DNA of 43,940 nt, from assembly GCA_050259015.1 (NCBI GenBank), contig JBLMZV010000017.1, forward strand, positions 1 through 43,940, in the 5' to 3' direction. Position numbers and translations under genes: made by a program. The first letter of the stretch is position 1. Each line of letters begins with the position of its first letter. The notes under the pieces were generated by a model that saw only the letters and a list, made by a program, of their open reading frames with translations, did not search any database and was not told where the DNA came from. This DNA comes from Candidatus Saccharimonadota bacterium (GTDB lineage: Bacteria; Patescibacteriota; Doudnabacteria; UBA920; O2-02-FULL-48-8). Of this stretch, positions 7,905 through 15,030 are shown in pieces.

Positions 7905-8150
7905 TCATGCTGCCTCTCCTTTCAAAAAATCGAAGTCAGAGTACTTCCGGATGAGCCGTCGTTCGCATTCGTATAGGGTTTCCTCCAGTTTGTCGTTCAG
8001 GGCCCCGGAATCGATCAGATCCAGGAATTCCCGGTACCACTGCCGCAGTCCGGCCGCCTTGTCATTGTCAGGGGGACCGGAATCGGCCAAAAACCGCTCA
8101 GTTTCCCGCTTCAACCGCTCGACCTTGAGTACGTCTTGCCTGGTAGTCAT
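7905..8150 (-). CDS. hypothetical small helical protein (81 aa)
   Basis: Strong AAAGGAGG RBS and its own terminator hairpin at about 7866-7892. Confidence 0.65.
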   Translation of the reverse strand: MTTRQDVLKVERLKRETERFLADSGPPDNDKAAGLRQWYREFLDLIDSGALNDKLEETLYECERRLIRKYSDFDFLKGEAA

Positions 8151-8300
8151 GGTTTATAAGCCTCCTTTGTGGACTACCTGTTAATATCATAATCAAAAAC
8201 CGGTTAAAATCAAGGATATTCCCAAACTATACGACTGGTTCTTGAAGTGCTATTTTATAAGAAGAAACCTTCATAAAGCTATAAACTCTTAAATAAGTCA

Positions 8301-9608
8301 ATGTTTCACGTGAAACATATCCTTCATAACCTAAGATTACACCGACTTTTGTTTCTGACCTTCCTGCTGACCGTTCCGTTTCAGACCAGAATCATCTACA
8401 ACAAGCCGCAGGCCCTGATCGGTGACACGGTTTCATATTACCTGGCAATCATGGTATATCTATCGGATCTGCTGTTTGTTTCTGCCTTGTTGTCCTGGTT
8501 ATTTACCGATTTTAACAAAAGTTTCGCAAAATCAAGGGTTTTTTGGCTTTGCTTGCTTGCAGCGGCTTTCCCACTAATATCTGTGTTTCACGTGCAACAA
8601 ATGGGTTTATTCCTTTTTGGATGGCTGAAATGGGTTGAGCTAATGGCCATTATTGTCTATATTTCCTGCAATTTTAACAGAAAATCAGAAATCCTGGGGA
8701 TTTATTGGGTCGTTTTCTTAAGCGGGATCTTCCAAGCCGTTATCGCCATCTTACAGTTTCACGTGCAACATGGTTTGGGTTTGACCTGGCTCGGAGAGTA
8801 TGTTTCACCACTTGGAACCCCAGGTTTAGCTACGATCGATGTTTTGGGCCAAAAAGTTCTACGGGCATATGGAACGTTTTCACATCCCAATGTGCTGGCT
8901 GGATTTTTGACCGTATCCTTTATCGCTGGACTGGACTTGGTTTCACGTGGAACCATCCGTACGAAACTTTTTGTTTCACTTGGGATCCTTACCCTTATCT
9001 TCGGTTTGTTCCTTAGTTTTTCCCGGGCAGCCTGGTTAGCCGCAGCTTTGTCAACGATTGCTTACTTTTACCAGTTCTTGAAAACCAGAAATTATCTGAC
9101 CGCGAAAATTATGACCATCCTGCTCATTGTTTCATGTGGAACAATCTGGCTGGGGTTTCATGACTTCATTGTTTCACGTGCAACGGACCTGAACAATTCC
9201 AAAGCAGTCTCATATCGGACCGATTTTAACGCCCAAGCTGTTACCATCTGGAGGCAATATCCGTTTACCGGTGCAGGACTCAACAACTACGTGCCAGCTT
9301 TGGAAACCATGAAACCCGGTTTGGCCGGGTGGCAGTATCAGCCGCCTCACAATATCTTCCTGTTGCTCGGAGTCGAAACCGGCATCATCGGCTCATTGCT
9401 CTTGCTTGTCCTCGTAGGATTTTTGGTTCGTTTCACGTGGAACCGTAAAACTGAGCATTCATTCCTGGTCCTGACTTGCCTGGCTTCTTTTGTGATTCTG
9501 GGCCTGTTCGACCATTATCTCTTGACCATCCAGCAGGGGATGCTCATGCTCGGATTAATCCTTGGGCTGGCTGCGATTTTGCCGGAGCAGGCGAATGAGG
9601 TAAAATAA
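8301..9608 (+). CDS. O-antigen ligase / Wzy-family polytopic membrane protein
   Basis: At least 10 TM segments, with FSRAAWLAAALS and PPHNIFLLLGVETGIIG (Wzy_C-like). Confidence 0.8.
   Translation: MFHVKHILHNLRLHRLLFLTFLLTVPFQTRIIYNKPQALIGDTVSYYLAIMVYLSDLLFVSALLSWLFTDFNKSFAKSRVFWLCLLAAAFPLISVFHVQQMGLFLFGWLKWVELMAIIVYISCNFNRKSEILGIYWVVFLSGIFQAVIAILQFHVQHGLGLTWLGEYVSPLGTPGLATIDVLGQKVLRAYGTFSHPNVLAGFLTVSFIAGLDLVSRGTIRTKLFVSLGILTLIFGLFLSFSRAAWLAAALSTIAYFYQFLKTRNYLTAKIMTILLIVSCGTIWLGFHDFIVSRATDLNNSKAVSYRTDFNAQAVTIWRQYPFTGAGLNNYVPALETMKPGLAGWQYQPPHNIFLLLGVETGIIGSLLLLVLVGFLVRFTWNRKTEHSFLVLTCLASFVILGLFDHYLLTIQQGMLMLGLILGLAAILPEQANEVK
8303..9443. repeat. intragenic array of the palindrome GTTTCACGTGNAAC
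   Basis: Strong copies start at 8303, 8585, 8756, 8940, 9129, 9171 and 9430. Degenerate copies start at 8802, 8973 and 9155. Confidence 0.9.
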
Positions 9609-9631
9609 GACAATAAATATATATCCGTCCC

Positions 9632-10948
9632 ATGAAACAACTGCTCAAAAAATTGTTTCCCGAAAGATTATATCTGTGGTTCCATTACCTGAAGGCTTTG
9701 CTTGCCGCCGCGGTTTACCGCTGGCCTTCGCGAAGACTTTACGTCATCGGCATCACCGGAACAAAGGGCAAAACCTCGGCCGCCAACTTCGTGTGGTCCG
9801 TGCTCAATGCGGCGAAACTCAAAACTGGACTGATCGGCACGGCCAACATCCGGATGGGCGACAAGGAAACCATGAACGAATATCACATGACCATGCCCGG
9901 GCCGTTCGTGATCCAAAAAATCCTGAGAACCATGGTTAAAGAAGGATGCACCCACGTGGTCATGGAGGCTACATCCGAGGGCATGAAACTTTCCCGCCAC
10001 ATCGGCATCGATTTCGACTGCGCGATCTTCACGAATCTGACCCCGGAACATCTGCCGTCGCACGGCGGCAGTTTCGATAACTACAAACAGGCCAAAGCCA
10101 AGCTATTCAAGAGCCTGAAGGGCCACCGCAAGACCATCAGGGGAGAGAACATCGAATCCGGCAGCATCACGAATTTCGACGACGAGCACCAGAGGTTCTA
10201 CAAGCAGTTCCCGGCCGACAGGAAAATCACGTACGGCCTGCAGCAGGGCGCGGATCTCAGGGCGACGGAGATTAAGGAAAACGTGACGGGCGTCGATTTC
10301 AGGATCGGCACCTTAAATTTTCACCTCAACATGCTCGGCAAATTCAATGTCCTGAACGCCTTACCCGCGATCGCGGCCGGAAGACTGCTCGGGCTTCCCG
10401 AAGACAGGATCAGGCAGGGGATTGCCGCGCTGAAACTCATTCCCGGACGGATGGAGGTCATAGACGCCGGCCAGAACTTTACAACCATCGTCGATTACGC
10501 CCACGAAAAGGTGAGCATGAACCTGCTTTTGGACGCGGGGCGCGGCATGGCGACGGAAGGGGCTAAGGTGATCGTGCTGCTTGGAGCCGAAGGCGGGGGA
10601 CGCGACAAGGCCAAGCGCAGCCACATGGGCGAGGCGGCGGCCAAAAAAGCGGACATCGTCATCTGCTCCAACGTGGACCCGTACGAAGACGATCCCACAC
10701 CCATCGTGGAAGACATCGCGATAGTCGCCGAACAGCACGGGAAGAAAAGGGGATTGGACCTGTTCGTGATCGAAGACCGCCGCGAAGGAATCAGGAAAGC
10801 CTTGTCCTTGGCCAAGCCTAAGGACATCGTGCTCATCACAGGCAAGGGCGCGGAGCAGACCATGATCATCGGAGGCAAAAGCATTCCCTGGGACGACAGG
10901 GAAGTGGTCAGGGAGGAACTGATGAAACTGACAGTCAACCAAAATTAA
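9632..10948 (+). CDS. Mur ligase family protein (MurE-like UDP-MurNAc-tripeptide synthetase, short N-terminus)
   Basis: GITGTKGKTS P-loop, ...MEATSEG..., ...TNLTPEHL..., ...IVDYAH. Only about 35 aa precede the P-loop. The DNPR-equivalent motif reads VDPY. Confidence 0.75.
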   Translation: MKQLLKKLFPERLYLWFHYLKALLAAAVYRWPSRRLYVIGITGTKGKTSAANFVWSVLNAAKLKTGLIGTANIRMGDKETMNEYHMTMPGPFVIQKILRTMVKEGCTHVVMEATSEGMKLSRHIGIDFDCAIFTNLTPEHLPSHGGSFDNYKQAKAKLFKSLKGHRKTIRGENIESGSITNFDDEHQRFYKQFPADRKITYGLQQGADLRATEIKENVTGVDFRIGTLNFHLNMLGKFNVLNALPAIAAGRLLGLPEDRIRQGIAALKLIPGRMEVIDAGQNFTTIVDYAHEKVSMNLLLDAGRGMATEGAKVIVLLGAEGGGRDKAKRSHMGEAAAKKADIVICSNVDPYEDDPTPIVEDIAIVAEQHGKKRGLDLFVIEDRREGIRKALSLAKPKDIVLITGKGAEQTMIIGGKSIPWDDREVVREELMKLTVNQN

Positions 10949-11048
10949 ATTCGCATGAAGACCGCGATTAAGTCGCGGTTTTTTTGCGGCAAAAAAACAC
11001 GATCCGACTGGTCGGATCGTGAAAGGCGAAGTTGGCAGGGCAAGTAGT

Positions 11049-11378
11049 TTAGTGTACCGTTGGCCGCGGGATCAACTCGCTTAACCTGTCGTAGATGGCG
11101 CTCGAACGTCTGGTCTGGTTGACCAGGCACAAGTTCACCACCTGCGCTGCGATGTTTGTGACAGACGCGGGACTATCGGATTCCCGTTTGTGCCAGATGA
11201 ACTGTACCACCATCCGGCACCCGCAGGAGAGTTCCCGACGCAGAGCCTCCCAATCCTTAGAATCGCTGATGACGATGTCCGCGGGTTCTCCGCGGCTGAC
11301 GACCTCGTGTCCCAGTCCGAGAAGACAGGTCCGGAAGATTTCCCTGACAGACGCTTCGATCTCTAACGCTACTTTCAT
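11049..11378 (-). CDS. hypothetical protein (109 aa)
   Basis: AAGGAGGG RBS, and a terminator hairpin at about 11000-11030. Confidence 0.6.
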   Translation of the reverse strand: MKVALEIEASVREIFRTCLLGLGHEVVSRGEPADIVISDSKDWEALRRELSCGCRMVVQFIWHKRESDSPASVTNIAAQVVNLCLVNQTRRSSAIYDRLSELIPRPTVH

Positions 11379-11577
11379 CCCTAACCCTCCTTAAACCATG
11401 AAGTGACCTCCTTTAGGCGTGGCCGCACATAAGTCACAACTATAGGGCATGTCGGGAAATAAGTCACTCAGGACAACCGACCAAATCGATCGCTTAAATT
11501 TTGGTATTTGTAGGGGGATAATCCGAACCAATCGGGGAAATCGTCTTAAGGTGTACAGTCCGCCTCGTTGAATCAGC

Positions 11578-11605
11578 TAAATTAAAACGCAGGCAAATGC
11601 CTGCG
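11578..11605 (-). terminator. terminator of the tRNA-Ala(CGC) transcript
   Basis: Minus strand: CGCAGGC-AUUU-GCCUGCG followed by UUUUAAUUU. Confidence 0.65.
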
Positions 11606-11622
11606 GTTAAACTTTTTCAAAT

Positions 11623-11682
11623 TGGTGGACTTGGGACGATGACTTTAGTCATCAGTCCGGCGGACTTTAGTCCGCCAGTCCC
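11623..11682 (-). ncRNA. Y-shaped ACCA-terminated tRNA-like element downstream of tRNA-Ala(CGC)
   Basis: GGACU/AGUCC closing stem, twin hairpins GGCGGAC-UAAA-GUCCGCC and GAUGAC-UAAA-GUCAUC, and a 3' end ...GUCCACCA. ATTGGTGGACTT (11621-11632) is identical to the tRNA 3' end (11717-11728). Confidence 0.55.
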
Positions 11683-11718
11683 GCCTCAACAATCCGACAC
11701 AGATTTATTATGTTATAT

Positions 11719-11792
11719 TGGTGGACTTAGGGAGAATCGAACTCCCGCTTCCACAATGCGAATGTGGCGTCATACCACTAGACCATAAGCCC
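11719..11792 (-). tRNA. tRNA-Ala (anticodon CGC), CCA encoded
   Basis: Acceptor GGGCUUA/UAAGUCC with G3:U70, anticodon arm CCACA-UUCGCAU-UGUGG, T loop UUCGAUU. Confidence 0.85.
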
Positions 11793-11824
11793 AAGATATG
11801 AGTGTCGGATGTTAAGGCACAAAT

Positions 11825-12010
11825 TTAGAACTTCAGGATTTTCCCGAAGAAATGATCCAAGCCTTGGGTCGAGCGGTTCCAGAAGAACAGCCCGATCAGG
11901 ACGGCGAAGAAAATAAGGTTCATCACGACCACGAAGACGAGGTCTTTCCTGACCTGCCGGTTTTCCTGCTGGTCGTTGACTGTCGCGGAAACAGGGTTGT
12001 TTTTTGCCAT
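11825..12010 (-). CDS. possible small membrane protein (61 aa) in the leader of the tRNA-Ala transcript
   Basis: One TM segment, no SD, downstream of a strong promoter. It may instead be a non-coding leader. Confidence 0.4.
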   Translation of the reverse strand: MAKNNPVSATVNDQQENRQVRKDLVFVVVMNLIFFAVLIGLFFWNRSTQGLDHFFGKILKF

Positions 12011-12042
12011 GAAAGTTGCGTTTAGTTCTTTACATCCTGCTT

Positions 12043-12070
12043 ATTATAGCCGATTTCCCGGATTTTTCAA
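12043..12070 (-). promoter_or_regulatory. promoter TTGAAA-16-TATAAT driving the 61-aa ORF and tRNA-Ala
   Basis: Its -35 hexamer (12065-12070) reads TTTCAA on the plus strand. There it also serves as the -35 of a TTTCAA-16-TATAAT promoter for the DUF4446 gene. Confidence 0.55.
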
Positions 12071-12117
12071 ACCCAAGCCTTTCATATATAATAGCTTTGA
12101 GAATTGAAGCGCAAAAA

Positions 12118-12582
12118 ATGAACCAAACATATCTGCTGTGGGGCGCGGGCATCTTATCGGTCATCTCTCTGATTGCGGCGATCTTCACCTCCAGAAGGCT
12201 TGCCCGCCTGGACCGCGTCCGCAAGGAGTTCTTCCAGGGCGACGTGAACAAGGACCTGGAACAGATCCTGGTGGACCAGAACCGGTTGATAACGAAGCTC
12301 ACCTCGGATCTCGAGAACCTGCACATGCAGACTCAAGACCTGTTCCTCCTTAACAAGAATAACATCCAGAAAATCGGGTTCATCCGGTACAACCCGTTCG
12401 ACGATGCGGGCGGCAACATCAGTTTCGCCCTGTCGTTACTAAACGCCCACAATGACGGCGTCGTGATCTCGTCCCTGCATGGACGCGACGGCACGCGCAT
12501 GTACGCCAAGGCAATCAAGGCGGGGGAGTCCGAATCCAAACTGACCGAAGAAGAAATTAAGGCAATCGAAGATGCTAAATAA
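12118..12582 (+). CDS. DUF4446 family protein
   Basis: IGFIRYNPFDDAGGNISFALSLLNAHNDGVVISSLHGRDGTRMYAK. Start set at MNQTYLL, downstream of the promoter. Confidence 0.8.
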   Translation: MNQTYLLWGAGILSVISLIAAIFTSRRLARLDRVRKEFFQGDVNKDLEQILVDQNRLITKLTSDLENLHMQTQDLFLLNKNNIQKIGFIRYNPFDDAGGNISFALSLLNAHNDGVVISSLHGRDGTRMYAKAIKAGESESKLTEEEIKAIEDAK

Positions 12583-12970
12583 AAAAACGGCCGGCCGGCC
12601 GGGGGAAACCTACCCCGAGACCATAGTGTCGGCAGGCATGAGAATCGAAGGAGAGCTTAAGAGCAACGGGGACATAAAGATCGACGGCATCATCACGGGC
12701 AAGGTCCACACCTCCCAGGACCTGCTGGTCGGACCGAACGCCCAGATCGACGCGGACCTTATCGCCCTGAACGCGGTGATCGCGGGTACGGTGAAGGGGA
12801 ACGTGACGGTCAAGAATTCCCTCCATCTGGAAAGTTCCGCCCGGATCATGGGCAACATAAGTTGCGGGACGCTCGGGATATCCGAAGGGGCGTACTTCTC
12901 GGGAGCCTGTCGGATGCAGGAACCCAAACAGATGCAGGCCGCGGACGCGGAAGACGAAGAGGAGAAATAA
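12572..12970 (+). CDS. bactofilin (polymer-forming cytoskeletal protein)
   Basis: Beta-helical repeats: IEGELKSNGDIKIDGIITGKV...VIAGTVKGNVTV...ARIMGNIS. Confidence 0.85.
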   Translation: MLNKKTAGRPGETYPETIVSAGMRIEGELKSNGDIKIDGIITGKVHTSQDLLVGPNAQIDADLIALNAVIAGTVKGNVTVKNSLHLESSARIMGNISCGTLGISEGAYFSGACRMQEPKQMQAADAEDEEEK

Positions 12971-12994
12971 AATCCTCTTTTATTTTCGATCAAT

Positions 12995-13846
12995 ATGTAT
13001 TACTACATCATCGATCCCTCGAAACTCAGCCAAAAATCCTTTGACCGGGTGCAGAACGAGCTTTATTCCTGCCTGGCCGAATACCGGATATCCGGAGAGA
13101 CCAGCCGGGTGACCAGCCTAAGGACCATTCCGCAGCTCACGGAGCTCGCTTTTTCACACGGGGTAAAAACCCTCGTGGCGGTAGGCAATGACGAAACCCT
13201 GCAGGAAGTTATTTCCGCGGTCAACGGACGGGAGGTGACCATCGGATACATCCCGCTGTTCCAGACCGAACTGGCCGCCATCTTAGGGCTCAAAAGCATT
13301 GACGGCGCCTGCAAGACCATCGCCGCCCGCCGGGTGGAGATGCTCGATACCGGCGTAGCCGGAGGCGTGCCGTTCCTCAGCAGACTGACGTTCGGACTGT
13401 CTTCCGATGCCGATTTCGGATTCCTGGGCATGGGTCTGTTGGGAAAACTCGGAGACCCGCCGGCCTTCGAGGTAAAATTCTCCGCGGACGGCAAATACCA
13501 CGGATCGCTGCAGGTGATCGCCGGGGCTATCCTGAACACGCGCGATGCGCGCGACGGCGCGTGCCGGGGAGAGGGGATCGCCAATCCCACCGACGGCATG
13601 TTCGACGTGCTGCTTTTGCCGACCCTGACCCGCTATCAGATATTCCAGAACCGCCGCCATATCCAGGAAGGCTGTTTCGAGAGAGTGCCGGGATCTTCGT
13701 TACTGCATCTGAAAAGGCTGGAGATCCTAAGCCCCGAAGGCCTGCCCTTGAAGTCCGGCAATAAAGCCGTGACCAAGACGCCGGCGATCGTGGAGGTTAA
13801 GCCCAAGACCTTAAAGATCATCGTGGGGCGGGACAGGACGTTTTAA
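12995..13846 (+). CDS. diacylglycerol/lipid kinase family protein (YegS/BmrU-like)
   Basis: DAGK catalytic-domain pattern: ...LVAVGNDETLQEVISAVNG... Confidence 0.75.
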   Translation: MYYYIIDPSKLSQKSFDRVQNELYSCLAEYRISGETSRVTSLRTIPQLTELAFSHGVKTLVAVGNDETLQEVISAVNGREVTIGYIPLFQTELAAILGLKSIDGACKTIAARRVEMLDTGVAGGVPFLSRLTFGLSSDADFGFLGMGLLGKLGDPPAFEVKFSADGKYHGSLQVIAGAILNTRDARDGACRGEGIANPTDGMFDVLLLPTLTRYQIFQNRRHIQEGCFERVPGSSLLHLKRLEILSPEGLPLKSGNKAVTKTPAIVEVKPKTLKIIVGRDRTF

Positions 13847-13966
13847 CCCTTTTTAGGCCCTTTAAGTAACCCGGAACTCTCCGGGTTTTTCGTTATGTAA
13901 AAACATCCACTGGCAGGCAAGCTTTATCCTTCCTACAATGTCGGCACGAAAGGGGGTGATAATCTT

Positions 13967-14305
13967 ATGTCGAGAACCGCATCAGGGCTCAATATCATCG
14001 CCGGTCTTTGGCTGATTTTATCCCCGTTCTTCCTTAAGTATTCCGCGTTCGGGGCCTCCACGGTCAACGACGTGATCGTGGGCGTTATCGTGGCCATTCT
14101 CGCGATCATCGCGATGAACAGCCAGCGCAGCACCTGGGCCAGCTGGATCAACCTGGTCTTAGGCTTATGGGTCATCATCTATCCGTTTACGGCGCACTAC
14201 AGCAGCATCTCGCGGGTAGTGGCCAACAACGTCATTGTCGGCGTCGTGATCGCCGCCCTGGCCTTGGCAGGAGCCGTATCGCGTCCTGTCAGATCGCCGA
14301 TGTAG
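13967..14305 (+). CDS. SPW-repeat-like membrane protein
   Basis: Two repeats, NIIAGLWLILSPFFL and NLVLGLWVIIYPFTA. AAAGGGGG RBS. Confidence 0.7.
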   Translation: MSRTASGLNIIAGLWLILSPFFLKYSAFGASTVNDVIVGVIVAILAIIAMNSQRSTWASWINLVLGLWVIIYPFTAHYSSISRVVANNVIVGVVIAALALAGAVSRPVRSPM

Positions 14306-14389
14306 CGGCAGAGGTTAATTGCATTGATAAAAACGCCCGCAAGGGCGTTTTTATTTGATTATCCCCCCCCCGGGGGGGCTGTAATACTT

Positions 14390-14785
14390 TCACCACTTCA
14401 CGGGAAACCAAACCTTGGTCTGGTCATCCGGATCGCCGTTATAATTGGTCCGAATCTCTTCGCCTTTCTTGATGTCCCGAATCGCCCGGAAAATCATCAG
14501 CCGCCGTTTTTCGTCATGGTCATACCGGGCGTTCGGCTGATAGGAATGGTTATAGAGCGACCCGTAACCTAAGGCGAGGGCGGGCTGATTCTTCGGCCCC
14601 CAGTAAAAGTAGTAGTTGAACACGGAAGTCTTGTCGATAACCTTCTGCTGGTTCTTCGGGATAAGGATAACCGGCGACATCTCGATCACTTCGCCTTTTT
14701 TGATGTGGAAGCTGGCGAAAACCCCCCGTTCGGTCTTGGAGATATTCCTGACCTCTATCTTGTTCGGTATGCGCATCATTCTCAT
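14390..14785 (-). CDS. SET domain-containing protein (putative lysine methyltransferase)
   Basis: GYGSLYNHSYQPNA and GEEIRTNYNG motifs. The track start overlaps tRNA-Gly, so the start was moved to MRMMRIP. Confidence 0.75.
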   Translation of the reverse strand: MRMMRIPNKIEVRNISKTERGVFASFHIKKGEVIEMSPVILIPKNQQKVIDKTSVFNYYFYWGPKNQPALALGYGSLYNHSYQPNARYDHDEKRRLMIFRAIRDIKKGEEIRTNYNGDPDDQTKVWFPVKW

Positions 14786-14796
14786 ATTACTTGTGA

Positions 14797-14823
14797 AAAG
14801 AAAAAATCCGACAATTGTCGGAT
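14797..14823 (-). terminator. terminator of the Leu-Val-Phe-Gly tRNA operon
   Basis: ATCCGACA-ATTG... hairpin followed by a U-run on the minus strand. Confidence 0.6.
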
Positions 14824-14830
14824 CCTTTCT

Positions 14831-14904
14831 TGGAGCGGGTAACGGGAATCGAACCCGTATCTTCTCCATGGCAAGGAGATATTCTACCACTGAACCATAC
14901 CCGC
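14831..14904 (-). tRNA. tRNA-Gly (anticodon GCC), CCA encoded
   Basis: Acceptor GCGGGUA/UACCCGC, loop UUGCCAU, discriminator U73. Confidence 0.9.
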
Positions 14905-14905
14905 A

Positions 14906-14980
14906 TGGTGCCTCGGGTCAGAATCGAACTGACGACGCCAGCCTCTTCAGGGCTGCGCTCTACCACTGAGCTACCGAGGC
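14906..14980 (-). tRNA. tRNA-Phe (anticodon GAA), CCA encoded
   Basis: Acceptor GCCUCGG/CCGAGGC, loop CUGAAGA. Confidence 0.9.
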
Positions 14981-15030
14981 GCGGTAAAGCTACAATATTA
15001 TACCAAATTTCGGAAAGTTGTGAAGTTACC

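Noticed and set aside
8301-9608. CRISPR array or tandem repeat as an explanation for the GTTTCACGTGNAAC copies
   Set aside because: Spacing is irregular (33-282 nt), the repeat is only 14 nt, and the region is one uninterrupted ORF with a clear Wzy-like product. No cas genes are present.
11623-11682. tmRNA, or a two-piece tmRNA acceptor piece, as the identity of the ...UCCACCA-ending elements (also 6063-6101)
   Set aside because: There is no GGGGCUG-type 5' strand, no T arm (GGUUCGAnUCC), no tag reading frame, and no G3:U70 pair.
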